The notes under the pieces: model-generated | Database searches by the model: none | What the model saw: the letters and a program-made list of their open reading frames with translations, nothing else | What the model was told of the DNA's origin: nothing | Translations under genes and position numbers: made by a program | DNA from: Azolla caroliniana | Lineage: Eukaryota; Plantae; Polypodiophyta | Direction: 5' to 3' | DNA length: 64,000 nucleotides | Assembly (NCBI GenBank): GCA_043228905.1 | Contig: JBHGNT010000021.1 | Location: forward strand, 1,612,001-1,676,000 | Shown here: positions 1 through 15,400 of the stretch, piece after piece | Numbering within the stretch: position 1 is the stretch's first letter | How the letters are laid out: every line of letters starts with the position of its first letter

Positions 1-490
1 CGTACTTGCCAAATACATCAAATCAACAATTTCAACGACCTCATATTGTTAGGAACCACCACTGGGATCACCCGTACCCTCTCCTTCACCGCCACAACAT
101 AGACATGTCTGCCCTTCCAGCACATTCACCACGAAGCTACTACCAGCTACGGCTATAATCACACTCCCTTGCACCATCCTATATATGAGCATGGAACTGT
201 CTGATAGCCAACTCACACACCCTTCCCCCTCCCTCCATGGCATGATGCACAAGACTGCATATGGCAGCCGGCATACATACGCGCCGCCCCTCCTTCCAAC
301 TCCTCCCCACACATAGGGGAGCATCACACCTCGCGTTTTCAGAACGCTAATTACCCCCCACTCTCTGCTCCCTCCTCACACACACACGGCCTCTTTGAAC
401 AAGTAATAAAACCCCGTTTACTCACCATACTACCCCAACTCACATCCAACTCACAAACACTATAGAAATACATCATAAAAATTCATCATT

Positions 491-557
491 GTTACTAGAT
501 GTTCATCTACAAATAAGCTCCCTACGTAAGTTACTAGATGTTCATCTACAAATAAGT
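491..557. repeat. 27-bp direct repeat x2 (period 39)
   Basis: gttactagatgttcatctacaaataag occurs twice, separated by 12 nt. Confidence 0.85.
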
Positions 558-1018
558 AGAAATCAACCATTAGGGCTATTCATCATTGTTGAATTAACAT
601 TGATATCTATAAAGCTCCCAATCATTTCGCATATTTTTGTTCGAGATTTCATATCTTGGCATCTCAAAGCCCTAATTTCAAAGTGCACCTATCCTAAGTT
701 GTGGTAGTCAGCTGACCACCTTTGGCAGCATTATGATCTAGTTCGATAATTCGCCATAAACTTCATCCTTTTTGTTTTCAGTAAGACAGGACTACATATT
801 GATTTTTCATTGCTTTAACTTCAACGGTACTTTTCCACTCAGGTGCATACGTTATTCTTGTGACTCTTAACATCCATTACCCGCACAAATAGAGCTGCAC
901 AGTTCAAATCAATGGCAACACTTCTATATAGCTGCCTATTCTATTCTATTCAGGATTGATATTGATTCATTTTGTTGCTTTGCCAACATTCATGTGATTC
1001 ATTCTCTCAATGTCTGGC

Positions 1019-3567
1019 CTACTGTGCACCACTTGGTTTTGGTACAAGGCTATATCCAACCTACATTAAAATGAAAATTTATCTAGTCCATTATATGTAT
1101 TTAAGGACTATTTTCTTTTTTTGCACATGCTTACTGTTCATTAGTACCAAATAGTAAATTCTGCTTACACAATTGACCATCTACATATTAAAAACACTAA
1201 GCTTGAAATATAAAGAGTTCTCAAACCTCTATGCCCATACAAAATGGAAGTTCATGCATTTGTAGCTCTGAATCAGTTTTCGTGGCTGAGGGTTGATGGT
1301 TCCGATAAATAGAATAACCAACACATGCATATTTGAAATCAACGAGAGTTTTTCCATCTTTTGTTATTTCTTGCTCAGATTTTGGGTATTTAGGCACTGC
1401 AAAAAAATACATGACAGAACAATATTTAGATTTAACTCTGCGTACCTAGAAATTGAGCTGTAGAATATTTTGCAAACTTCCACAGCAGATATTTTGCGAT
1501 GAAGTTTGCTTGATTTATAGATCTTTAATGTAATCCAACAATATGGCTAAAGGAAATTCATTGGAGCTGTCATTTTATAACATGTCTTAAGGAGATGGAA
1601 AACAAGGACGTCAAATAAAACCTATACATAAACAAAAACACTAACACTGAAACATCTAAAATGTAAATTAGCTTTATTTAGTAATGGAAAGAAATGAAAG
1701 CACTAACTTTTTAAATAAATTAATAAACACATTCAATAACAAATAGGAAGAAATATGAACTATCCAAATTAAAAATCAGTCACTGAAGAGTATCAAAAAA
1801 TAGGTAGACAAATTCTCCATTCTAACTTCCATTAGAAACCCTGCAATAGCTAACAAAAAGGCCTCTCAGACATCAGTGAGCCATTCCAATGGAACATGTG
1901 ATGAGGACAGATACTCCTATGAGATAGCTGAGGTGAAATTAGGTTGCAACTTTCCCTGACTCCTATAGATTTTGAGACTAATCCCTGATATATGGAAGTT
2001 AGAAACAAGTTGAAGACAATTAGAAAAATTTATTTCCATCATATTCTACTTGGATGAATAGGGCCTCCAATAGTACATCATCAAATTCACTTCTTTATAA
2101 ACAACTCTTATCTGCTCTGATTACCCCTCCATTGCCTTTTGCATGTCGTCGTGTCATCTCATCATTTAAAAAAATGGTAAACGAACTGTGTACAAAAAAA
2201 TTAGCATTTCGTGCCACTGTGGCATCCAAGCACATTCAATGGATGAGATGTCTCTCGTTGCAGTTTTTGATTGTGCAGTGTAAGAAATATTGAATGTGGG
2301 CCCACTTTGTATGAAAAGCTTCATAACCTCTTCTGTTGCAATGTTTATTTCAGACTTTTAGACCCCATCTTTGACATCACCATTTTTAAAAACAGATGGC
2401 TGTCCTCTTTTGTTGAAATTTTTGCTTTTGTGACACATTAAATCCACTAGGATACCCAGTGTAACTTAGCAGAAGTTTCCAGAACTGCTGCATTTATATG
2501 TTTTTATCTCAGAAAAGAAAACTCTCCTTTCAACAAATTTGACAGATGTTACACAATAACAGTTCTATATCATACTAAACGCATTTTGTTGCTATAGTAG
2601 CCGGGTGCAATTTTTCCCTGACTCTGATGTATATCTCCTCATTTAGAGGGGCACACTGCAATCATAACTTTGATCTTGTTTACTAAGGTTCCCAATCACA
2701 GAAGACTAGATCTGTATTGATGCATTAAAGCATGAGGTTGAAATGATTAATCTTGGTCTCCTCCAATTCTTCCTTGATTTCACTGATATGGAGGCATCTG
2801 ATGAGATTTTCCTTCAACCAACATATACACGTGTGTTCATCGCTGGGTTACATATGGTGGAGTCTGGTTCTATCTCCTCTACCTATGTATGCTGATAAAA
2901 AAGATGGTACAGCATTGAGAGGCAATGAATGTAACTTTACTTTATGGCCTCTAAAATACTGCACCATTCGAATTTCAATCTTTAATTAACATAGCATGAT
3001 GTCCTGACAATTTGCAAAACCCATCCATCATTAATAACGAGAACATTCAGGAGATTCATGATAACCCCCATGTTGATTGGCAGCAAACTTAACAATTTCT
3101 GTAATAAAGAATTTTCTTAACTGCTTTCTGTAATTTATTTTTCTATGACAACTTCAAAGCCACAAATGACTCTTTCATTTCTATACTGATAGAAATTGAA
3201 GAATCATAGATTCGTTCTCCTCTTTGTCGGCCGCATAAGCTCCTATTTTAGATTGATGAGGGAGAGCAATCGCAGAGAGATTTCAATAGGCATCGATCAA
3301 TGTAAGATAAAAGAACGCATTGGATTCTTGAAAGTTTCACACAGAAATTCAAAGGGAAAAAAAAAATGTGAAAGGAGATTAGTATAACAGACCTCGATGC
3401 TGAGGGCGGCTGAGGCCAACACAGAGGGGTTCGGGCCGTCTTCCTCCTGATCCAGGCCCATCTCGGAGGGAAGGGAGGTAGAGCACCCCTCTGCAACTCC
3501 TACCTTCAGGGGCAGTCCTGCCACTCGAGCCTGAGGTTGAGGCTGAGGCTTCATCTTCGCCATTCAT
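1019..3567 (-). CDS. Uncharacterised plant protein of the AT3G51100 type, 3 exons, ~128 aa
   Basis: Exons 3567-3393, 1396-1227 and (tentative) 1060-1019 join in frame at GT-AG sites. GRSCRGVLY...PLCVGLSRPQHR/VPKYPKSEQEITKDGKTLVDFKYACVGYSIY...ELPFCMGIEV resembles the remembered GKSCKGYLYY...CVGIPR..QVPDY...EASKEGRTLADFYYGCLGYSVY...LPVCVGLE family motif. Confidence 0.75.
2720..3120 (+). mobile_element. Degraded Ty1/Copia reverse-transcriptase remnant in an intron
   Basis: Translation ALKHEVEMINLGLLQFFLDF...DEIFLQP resembles Copia LKQEFEMTDLGLLHYFLGIEV...GIFLSQ; a later RFMITPHVDW-like stretch resembles SRFMQNPH..HW; multiple stops. Confidence 0.5.
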
Positions 3568-3684
3568 GCTCTGCTCTGGTCTTCTCTGACAGGTAGGTCT
3601 CTCTGGCTGGCCTGGCTTCCCTTGGATCAGCAGGAGCTAGAATGAAGGAAGCTCTGAAATCTGAACTACTGCTGCTGCTGCTGC

Positions 3685-3880
3685 TAGGAATCAAGAAACG
3701 GTTCGGTTTCGGCTTAGACGGTTCTTCCTTGTCCAAACCAAGCGGTTAAGCCTTAACCGGTTTTGAAGTTTTCAAACTTGAACCGAACCGAACCCTGAAC
3801 TGTTTAAGCCTATACCGGTTTGTAATAACCGTTTAGACTTAACCAGTTTGTAAACCGGTTTGGCAGATGAACCGTTGACC
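3685..3880. mobile_element. AACCG/CGGTT-rich MITE-like element (hAT-like end) directly upstream of the AT3G51100-like gene
   Basis: Starts taggaatcaagaaacggttcggtttcgg, nearly identical to the element start at 44445; dense aaccg/cggtt motifs. Confidence 0.6.
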
Positions 3881-4299
3881 ACAAGTTGTAGGATATGTCA
3901 TCGTTCGACCCCACAGATAGTCGGTATAGCACACTCTCCTGACCCCGGGCAATCATTGATAACCACAATGGATTATTCTATGACCCATGTACACCATTCA
4001 TTAGATTTTATTGAATGTCCTATGCTATTAGAGGCAAGTCCTAACTAGGCATTATAAGCCTTCTTCGCAAAAACGAGGTATTTGTTATTGATGCCTATCC
4101 AGGTAGCCAAGTCTTAATGCCTCATGTGATATACAAACTTACTTCTTCTTTTTTAGTAACACTTTTATTACTAGTGAATAACCTCAAAGTGAGGTGAAAA
4201 CCCACAAAGAATAAAGAGAAAAATACAAGTGTTGATTAGACACTAAAGAACTTAAAAGCACTCAAAGTAAAGAGTGTAAATTTGCAGTGTGATGTCTCT

Positions 4300-4960
4300 A
4301 AGTTGCACACAATCAAATAGAGATTGCCTGAGGGATTGCTTAAAGAAGCTAACTTCATGTAGTTGGTTTCAATCAAAGACCTTATTATTACAAGCCGTCC
4401 AAATGGTCAAGAGTGCCCAAAATCTTTTCCATTGAAGAAAATAGGCATTTGTTGGATAAGGTGCACGAAATTTGTCCAAATAGCCAAAAGTATTATTTTG
4501 AATCAAGTTACAAAGTTGGTACTTTCCTTAGTACCTGTGCCACCTCTAGATGGAGATCGCAGGATTCAGGATTGAATGTTACAAAAAGGTAACATTGTTA
4601 TTCCAATGAATAAGGTTACAACACATTCAGTGTATATGTTGTTGCAACCAGCCCCATGGTTTCACAACACACGCAAATGCGTTGTGGCACCTACACAAAA
4701 CATAGTCTTGGTGGAAAAATAGGCTTACGAGCTTATGGAGTTGTGGTATTCCACTTAAGCAACAAGTATTCCTATGGAGATGCCTATTGGGTGTGCAACC
4801 GACTGGGTCGAATCTTCAAAAGCGATCGATAGCCTCACCACATTGTGCAAGATGTGGTGGACGATTGGAAACAGTCCCACACTATATTATGGACTTGCTC
4901 ATTCACTACATTCTAAAACATTTGTGCAAAGACTAAGTGCATCTCTTTCTCACAAATTTC
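4300..4960 (+). mobile_element. Degraded L1-type LINE 3' ORF2 fragment (zf-RVT domain)
   Basis: 4721-4900 translates LWSCGIPLKQQVFLWRCLLGVQPTGSNLQKRSIASPHCARCGGRLETVPH, then HILWTC after a 1-nt frameshift; this is the zf-RVT pattern W..P.K...FLWR...LPT..NL..R....C..C....ET..H....C. Confidence 0.75.
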
Positions 4961-4999
4961 TTGGTTAAAGGTTTGGGATATACAAACTTACAATTTCCT

Positions 5000-5520
5000 C
5001 GACCATGGAATGAGAGATATCACATGCCAACTCAACAATATATTATGTTACCTCATTGAAGGTATTTATGATAACGCAAAAAATTGCTCTTGTCATAACA
5101 CCCATTACAAAACAAGGCATGATTATTGGGACAAGTATGTCTCGTTGCATGATCTAATCTCACACGTGATAATGTTTTCTTTATATTAGCTCAAATTTTC
5201 AACATGACATTATTCATTTGCAAAATAGTTCTCAACAACTTAATCAATGGATTGACGTTAGTGTCACGTCTTCAAACTTCCATACATTGTCCACGATTTT
5301 AATCAACATAAGGGTGCTCTACACATAGACATACAAACTTCTTTATATAATGCCTCTTTCAAAACAAGGTGAATCCAATCATCTTCTTTTATATTAGCAC
5401 TATTCGAGTTCTCCTTTACCATCGTATCATTTAACGCTCGCACATAATTCTCAATCAAAGTATCCAACATCCCATTCATCACACTCTCTTTAGCTGGCAT
5501 AAAAACTATCATCATATGTA
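5000..5520 (-). mobile_element. Degraded CACTA (En/Spm) transposase-like fragment
   Basis: Minus-strand LDHATRHTCPNNHALF resembles GLDYEKIHACPNDCILY; upstream EALYKEVCMS resembles PLYEGC..S; broken frames. Confidence 0.4.
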
Positions 5521-6773
5521 TGAGTTGTACCTTTGAGTGTTTGTCACGTACATGGGAAGATCGGGTGAGGGGATGAGTAGGTGTGTAAAGAGTGTATGAT
5601 AGTCTAGATGACTAAATTACTATATGAGTGGATGAGGATGATTGGAATCAAAGAAGCACACTTAGGCAAGTAGAGATTGGAAGAGGTGGTGAGTCTAGAC
5701 ACAAGTTACGAGGTTAAGGCAATAGACTAGAGGAACACAAGGGAGGCATGATGACTAGGTTAAGCAATGAGACATATGGTAAAGCAATGATAAGTGAGGC
5801 AACTACCTACAACACATTGAATTAGCATCCTAACAATGGCGTTGATCCACTTGAGATCAACTAATTGGAAACCCTCATTTTTAAGCATTACATTTTTGTG
5901 TGATGCATTTGTTGTGACCACTAAGATATAAAGAATTGACCTTGTAATACAACTCACAATCTCCCACCCTAACAAAGTTTGCACCTCTGATGAAACTAGT
6001 GTCCAACATTTTGATTATCAATTTTAGCCTTGTAACAAAATTATGCATTTTGTAACATTTTGATTATCATTTATTCTTAGAAACACGTATTCAATATCAT
6101 ATTGTTAATCATTGACTAAAAATGTTTGGGTAACTCCCGAAAATGGCCCATTTTGTTGTTGTGACGTAGTCCACTAGAATAAAATATTGTGCCCATTTCC
6201 AATATTTTAGTATAATAACGTAAATGAAATAGATGTTTTATTGCCAAGCAAAGGCATCAACACATTCACTATCACTAAGAAGACCTTTTTATAGTAGATA
6301 TACTCCTCTAATGATTAATAGAAGATTATAAACATCTCAATGTCTCGTATATAGTTATTAATGATACGTGTAATTAAATAAAATAAACACGTGTTTAATG
6401 CATCAAGTAGTTGTATGGTGACATTAAAAACTAGTTATTAAGCAAGGATAGAAATTTTCGGTCCATTTGTACATCATCGGACATCATAAATGATATTTCA
6501 TAACAAAGAATGATTCATTAATCTCCATAAAAATCCATCAAAGAATTGACTAACCAATGATTGTGCATCGAGGAATAATTAGCCAATAATATACATCTCC
6601 ATAGGATTTGTCAAGGGTGAGTATTAGTGTTCCCTACACGTAAATGAATTAAACAAAATGTAAATAATCAAGTCTTACCTCCGAAACACTCGATATTTGG
6701 TGCAACACTTTTGAGCCTTGCGACTAGGCCATTGTCATCATAACCTCAAATACCTATGAGATAGCTTCAAGTA

Positions 6774-7839
<1,066 letters not shown>

Positions 7840-8303
7840 TTAATTATGATGGAACAATGAGCAAACATTGATTAGGGTGGAGGTGTAAAGAAAGCATCCC
7901 AATGAGGAGGTCTCTAAGGAATGCAACTGAATTCATTCATCTTTCCCTTATAATCCAATTTCTAAAAACAGACTTTATAAGTACTTCTCTCTCATATACA
8001 TAACCTAATCCTGCATTTCTTTCCTCTACGCATTAATCTAGTCCTGTAGTCTCGCCATGGTTGCAACTCAGGAACGATTGAAGCATGAACTCGATCTAAC
8101 ATCCTTACACTCAGGTGGATTGAGTTTTAACCTAATTCCCCGGATTCGATTGCAGTGCAGCGGTGGCGGCAGAGCAATGTGTCGATCAATGGTCTCTGAT
8201 TATGGTATTTATCTGCAGAGAACAAGCCAGATCCAGCCCCCCGCCTTGTGTGATCAGAATTTGTTCTTTCAATGTATGTACTTCAAATGCATTCGATCCT
8301 CTG

Positions 8304-8339
8304 CTTCTTCTTCTTCTTCTTCTTCTTCTTCTTCTTCTT
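8304..8339. repeat. (CTT)n microsatellite
   Basis: Direct reading of the sequence. Confidence 0.95.
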
Positions 8340-9713
8340 TTGTGTTGGTTCAAAACGGCGCACTGCATCAGAATGGCTCTTTTGACACTTTGTTTTTGTT
8401 TCTTTTCACTTTGTCGTTCTAAACATGTGCGTGTGTGTGTACACTGTACACATTATGTATGTATTATTACTTACATATGAGCCATCCCAAACTCACCATT
8501 TAGTTAGTTTCCGGCCAACCTCGATACTCACTCACGCACTCACAACATAATCTCTCTCCAATGTTGTTTTGTGACCCTCTCAGGGTATAAATAAAGTTAC
8601 ACGAAAAACAAAGATATTGATGTGTGTTCCAGTGCTCCTGCTCATGGGGACCACTAGAACAAGTATGTATTCTGTATATGTGTCTTGGAGGTAAAGAGCG
8701 AATGGATGAGAGAGGTGAACGAACATATTTTAGGAGGCCAGAATGGCCATTGACGCATGCATGGATACATCTTTTTAAATGTTATGTGGTCTTTTAGCAG
8801 GGAAGGATAAAAATGGCAAGTAAAACAAATAATAACAATCGCCCAATATATTTGGTCAGTTTATTTACACAATAGCACCCAAATCATGCCAAATTGCAAG
8901 TGCTTTTGTTATATCATGGATGCCATGCCGTGTGTATGTTACAAATCAATATTGATCGAATAATCCCTCGTCCATGGACCATCTTATTAGGAAGGTTGAG
9001 TATTTGATAGATACACATGAGCATGAAACTATCAATAAATATACATACGTTCAAACGCATGGAAATTTTGTTAAAGCACGACATCTTCTTGCATGTTGCA
9101 CGAGACAATAAAATATATGCCTCTGGCGTGCATTCTTAAATCAAATGTAGGAAAAAACCAACTCCATTACCATACCGTACTCGTGGCATAATGCCACCCC
9201 CCCTTTATCAGCAAATTTCCTCATATATTTGCTGCATGCTCGAGACAATGGACAATTCAACGTATACCTTCTTTTAAGTAAGGTGGTAGGGAGGGGTACT
9301 CGCTCTTTCTATCAAGAAACAAAGTGGAGACGTAGGAGCAATGCATTGACAAACTGAGCTAATGGGAGCGAGCCAACGACAATGGATTTTGTATGACAAG
9401 AAACCAACCTATCAATCAATATATGTATGTATCTATCTCAAGGGAGTTATAGGTGATTAGACCATTGGTGAACAGACAGACTACTAATTAGTACTCTTGT
9501 TCCATGGACAGACAAGCCACACTCTCTCTCTCTCTCTCTCACACACACACATCCTTCTTTTTTCTTTTTATTATTATCGTAATTAGCTTACCCTAGTGGT
9601 AAGTCGATAACACTACAAGCACTCCATCTTGGGTTCGAAACCCAATTTCCTAAACTATCTATTATATTCTTCATATATATCTCTATTTCACTAGATGCCA
9701 ATGTGGTGGCATT

Positions 9714-9785
9714 GTGGAATGCAGGGGTTGAACCCATGACCACCTGGTCTCCATTGGGCAACCTTACCAACTGAGTTACATCCAC
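9714..9785 (-). other. Degenerate tRNA-like sequence (tRNA pseudogene or SINE head)
   Basis: 72 nt GTGGATGTAACTCAGTTGGTAAG...GGTCATGGGTTCAACCCCTGCATTCCAC, with A-box and B-box-like motifs and complementary ends GTGGA/TCCAC; anticodon arm is poor. Confidence 0.4.
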
Positions 9786-9799
9786 CTGGGCACACACGC

Positions 9800-9802
<3 letters not shown>

Positions 9803-9860
<58 letters not shown>
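9803..9860. repeat. Compound (CT)n(CA)n microsatellite
   Basis: Direct reading; a similar shorter tract lies at ~9520-9550. Confidence 0.95.
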
Positions 9861-12438
9861 CATTTTAACTCCCACCAAAACGTGACGGTGCACCCCAACA
9901 GTATCGCCTGCCGGCCATCGCCATCGCCAAGCTTCATCGGCGGCAAGATCATGCATGGTACGCACTCCGTCTCCTTATTATTTACACCACATTTCCCCGG
10001 AGAGGGAGAGAGAGTGATCATATGCAAGGTATGCCACGCCTATCTGTGCTTCTGCATGCCCTTCAAATCATGCTTTCCCCCACCGAACGCGTTTTAGACA
10101 CAGATATGCTACAGAAATCTTGATCGACCTGGCGAGGTTAATCCTCGTGCTTCTAATATTTGAGGGCTATATCAGAAATAACTGCTATAGCCAAACACCT
10201 CTCCGCGGGAATATTATGATGATGGATGTCTTTATGGAAGTGGATCTGGCTTTCTAATCTCTTCGGTATCACTTTGAACTAATCCTCCGTTAGGAAGATG
10301 CCCCTCTTCAATCGCAGACAATTATATTGCGGAGAACTAAAGAGCTCGTTTATTGCAACCTTTTACTGTAAGCTATCTCATCGCCCCTTTACTTCTGAAT
10401 TATATGGTGGAATCGTATCAAGTGTTGGACACCATCCTTATTGTTTTGGAAGATTTGGAAAGTTGAGCATAAGAAACATAAATGGGCAATACAACCGAAT
10501 ATCTTTAATGGAAACAATGATATAGAGGACAGTTTTTGCCATGGTTCGGGAATCATATACTAAAACGAAACAAGAAGTTCTACTATAGTCATGCAAAGAA
10601 GCTGGACGCATTTGAGGCTTGAACACTGTTCAGGATTTTGACGATGATTGGTAACTTATGTAAAGATACCATACACGATAATTCTTAAGAAGCCATTGCT
10701 TTCAGTGCACAGAAAATATCCAGATTCTCTCACATCTATGCATGCACTCTATATTTCTAACAGTTCTATGACACTTTTAGATTAGAATGTTTGAAAGTAG
10801 CGTTATATAGACACACACATATAATATAAATGTATTTTATACACTTCTTTCTTGCCACATCACAACAGCAGTACTTCAAACACACTTTCGGATAGCACCC
10901 CCTGACAATACATGTGTGCAATCATTGATTGGCAACATCATGCTTACAAAAATAGGGGATTTCTATGAGTTCACCAACTGGAGCTTGAAAATCTTAATAG
11001 GTAATTAATGTGTTCATTATACGGCTTTGGAGTGGTCTTATTAACCTGATTTCCCATACTGTAGATGGGTAGCTGATTTTCCGCTTGCTGGAGTTTGTGA
11101 TGTAGTTGGTGTCAGAATAGCTACTACTCCTGGGGAGTAGACAACTCTTCTTGTTAGTGTCAAGTGAGATGAGACTTTCTTGATCAGTGTCCACATAAAG
11201 TAATACCTAACAAGCTCAGATATTTCAGTTCTCATCAGAGGATCGCTAAGTGCATCAGTTTGGCTTTTTTGGCTCCAAAGAACACCTTTCTTCGGAGCAA
11301 TACAACCTTGAAGTTCTGGACCATTAATATGAGCAAAAACATAGGTTATTTTCTTTCTTGGTGCTTTATCTATGCATATTTTATATTGATTTTACTTCTC
11401 CAGGTTGAGGTTATTGCCCACGGGTTTTAAACTGTATGAGAAGAAGAACTTGTAAAAATCACTGCTTAGCTATCTATCACAAATTGCACAAATCACTGTG
11501 TGGGTATTCAGCTCTTAAAACAGAGTCTGAATTATTGACATGCCACAAATAATACTTGTTAAGAATCAGGTGGCATACATCTCCTCACTGGACAGCCACA
11601 AATAATACTACCTCATTAACTCTCTTCTGGGCCATGGCCGATGATTGTAATTCCTATCCAAGTATCATCATCACGATCCAATTTATTATTTCTAACGACT
11701 CATGACAATTTTTCATATTTCCAGTCTGATAGATTACTCATTTCACATCAATATGAAATGTTAATGCATTGGAGTTTCTTCTTATTTGGCTTATGGAGTT
11801 AGTCATGGTGATATTGTATGGTTGTGGAATGTACATGTTGACTTAATATGCCAAAATGTGGTTGAAATACACACATATTATGTGTGGGAATCTTAGGGTT
11901 CATACATGATGCATATATTGCAATTGACCATGTCATCTCACATGTATGCACTTAGCAGTTCTTGGTAAATGCAAGCGGATCTAGACCTGCATTTTTGTTT
12001 TCTTTGCTCTTGTAGGATTCTAGTCTAGTCGATAAACAATGGACAAGACTCGTGTATTTTGGCCTCATTTTGGATCAGCTTAGGCTATGAGAATGCCTAT
12101 GCATTGTACTTTGCATGCCAACATTAATGGATATATCATAATCCTAAGAGGGCTGATTTTATAACATCACTAACAAAGTAACTGAATCTGTTGCTGCTTA
12201 GGGGCACTAGGGTAAGAATGGGAACAATTGTTGGATATCTCTTTGTAGACTTGGCAAGTTGGCACAGTTCAGATACAGTGAGCGAAACCTTCCCAATTCA
12301 TCTGACCTGCACTCTACTTGATCTTTTATCCATCCACTCTCACCTGAATTCTTTCATTATGTGTGCACTTACAATGTGCTTTCATCTTAATGCAGTTAAA
12401 TTTTAGTCATGGTATTTGGTTATTGCTTTGCAGGACTG

Positions 12439-15400
12439 ATGAAGAACAAAGTAAAGTATTCTGCTGATATTTTCATGATTATGATCACTGCTGGAATGGT
12501 AATGTTTCTGATATGTGCTATTGCGGATGAGCCTTTTCTGTCCACCCCAATTGGTGAAGGATATGGGATACTCAGTCTTGTAGAGGGGGAAGCTATAGAT
12601 GTGCCTTCTGAATCCATGTCCTTGACAATGAAACCAATAGATGAAGCACCGATACAGCTCTTACGCCCTGGAGAAGGACATGACCGTTTAGAATTGAGTG
12701 AAACTGCACTAGAAAAGCTCGCTGCTTTAGAAGAACCTGTGTCTATTGTGGGCATTGTAGGACCTTATCATGGGTAAGATCCATATCTCATGTCAGTTGA
12801 GTTGTTTTATGATAGAACATAGATTTATTCAAAATGCAATGCCGTGTCCATGTATATGACTCGCTTGAGATGCACAAGATGCATTCATTTGATTCACTAG
12901 CATTTTTGTTTTCTACAGTGGCAAATCGTTTCTCATGAATGTTCTGCTTAATTCAACTCACGGTTTTTCTGTGGGCATTAAGCCAGAACCTGAAACAAGA
13001 GGGATTTGGATACGAATTGTCTCCAAAAAACGACTTACAGGAGTAGATGGATCACAAATTATTTTTCTTGACACAGAAGGATTCTATGGAGAACGGGCTA
13101 CCCGTTTATATGATGCACGAATATTTGCAGTTGCCACACTTTTAAGCTCACATCTTGTGTACAATACAGTACGGACACTTGGTAAGGTATCCATCTTTGA
13201 ATTGTTCTTCCAACCATAATTTCGTGGAGTTTTTAGATTGAAAAATATTGAAATATGGTTGACTATGCACTTGTAGGTGACCAACAATCTGTGAGTGCTC
13301 TTGCAGACCTGGCTAAGCAAGCACAAGTGTTCAACCTGCAAAACTGGCTTCATTCTGGGGAAGTCTCTTCAGGTGAACCTAATTTTTAGTTAGTTATGGT
13401 TGGAATGGTAACAAAATTATTTTGTTTTTGGAGATGATTAATAAATTTGAATCTGAAATACAGATGTTTTGTAGTCTTCTTTGTTATGTCTGACTATGTA
13501 TACACTGTATGCTTTGTATCTGAACCATTTCACGTACCTGTGCTTTTTGGACACAGATCTGCCTTTGTTGTCAGGGAGTGTGAGTCCATCGCTGCTTTTG
13601 AAAACTCTTGATTTTCCTCCACTTACGTGGGTTGTTCAGGGGTTTGATATGGATTTAGATCCCTCTCATTCACCAATGGACTATTTGCAGAGATATTTAT
13701 CAGCTTTTTCTCAGACAGGCGATCGGACACTTGATACTCTTTTTACAAAAGGCATATCTTGCTATGCTCTTCGAACTCCAACTGATCTTAATCTATTACG
13801 TGAACTGTATGGCAGTAAGGTACTTGCAGCTGATGCAGAACTCTTTGGAAGATTACATCCTGGATACATCTCAGAGCTTGATATACTTCGAAAGGGCGTT
13901 TTTGGGAACCTTACAGCTAAAGGGGGTGGAAAACTTACTGGCAGTGCAATCGCCACTTTATTGCCTCTACTCGTTCATTATGTGAACGAGGACTTCCCAC
14001 TTCATGCTGAAAGGAAGCTGAGAGATGTCCTTATGGATATCGTTGTGGATGGTGCATTTTCAGGGGGTGTAGAATACTTCAAAAAATGCATGCATGAAAC
14101 ATCTTTGATTGATTCAGTAGTTTCTTCAAAGAGAGGCAGAAAGCCAGGGAGACTTGCAAGTGACATGGGATCCATGTCTGATCTTGCGAATTCTGCTTTA
14201 ACTGTGGAGGAACTTGAGGCAGTGATGAATTGTGCAGGTAAAACATCTCTATTCCATAACAGAAACCACTCTTACATAACCCTGCTTGCTTGTACTCTGG
14301 TTCTGTGTCTCAACATTGACATATTGCATATATATGATGTACAGATATAGAAATGGATGATACCCGTTTATAAGTAACAATGCGTTGATTCTGCAACATA
14401 ATGCTGTGTGCTCACTAGAGTGTTTGGACGGAGGTGTTATAAAGAACGCTTTGTACAGTTTGTATGCCTTCTGTAAATGGTTGATGTTTCATCTGTTTTA
14501 CAAGTTCCAACGACATGCAGTTTGTTGAATAGGCATGCGGATTTAGTAATCTGTTAAGGCTAGCCCTTGCAAATGTAGTAGCAGCCAACAACACAAGTAT
14601 TGACATCTGAATGTTTCCAGAAATACTTGGTGATTTTATATTTATATATGTTCTCCATCCTCTTTGGGTAGGCCAAAGAGGCATGCAGGTATTGTGCACA
14701 ATAAGATGAAATCTTGTGGTTATGCATATCGAGTCCTTAAATCTCACCAAACCACAATAATACATGATTGAGTTCATGATCTTGCCACAATACAATAATA
14801 CATACATGCAGTCCATCCATTATGCATCTCTCAGCTGCTTAACCCTAAATCTTTCAAATAAGATTTGTTTAGGATTAGATGTATTCTGAGCATTCTTTGA
14901 GATGGTTGGCTTTGCCAAGGATACACTCCAGCATTTTGGTTGGTCTATCTAACTTAGCTCATAAAGATGCATACAGCTACATTTTGGCTCTTCTGCTTGG
15001 ATCTTTTAAGTTCTTCTTTATTCGAAGTTGCAGATATAATATGTTATCTCGATCTTCATTTAATCCCATTATTTAAAGGAATATTTGTGAACTTACTATT
15101 ATGTTGGTAAAAATATGAAGATCCATGCACAGACAGAATTTAAAAAATTGCATATATATCTTGGTTGTATTGTAACTCCATCGTCTGTTTTAATACTTTT
15201 AGAACAACGCGCAATTGCATATTGCAAACAACGTTGTGTTGGCGTCCCACAGGACTTGGTAACTATGAGTTGTGATGCACAGCTCGGTACCAAAATCAGC
15301 AAATTGAAGCCCTACTTCCGGTAAATTTATGTGAAGAAGCTAAGTTTTTGTTCACTTTATATGTTTATTTGTAGGAAAATTTTGATTTATTCTTGGCAGG

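Noticed and set aside
47-460. Possible solo LTR (TG...CA)
   Set aside because: No matching target-site duplication and no second copy in the window
8057-8480. 121-aa and 105-aa ORFs upstream of the UBC gene
   Set aside because: Kept open partly by the (CTT)n microsatellite; no recognisable domain; candidate introns would be only ~40 nt
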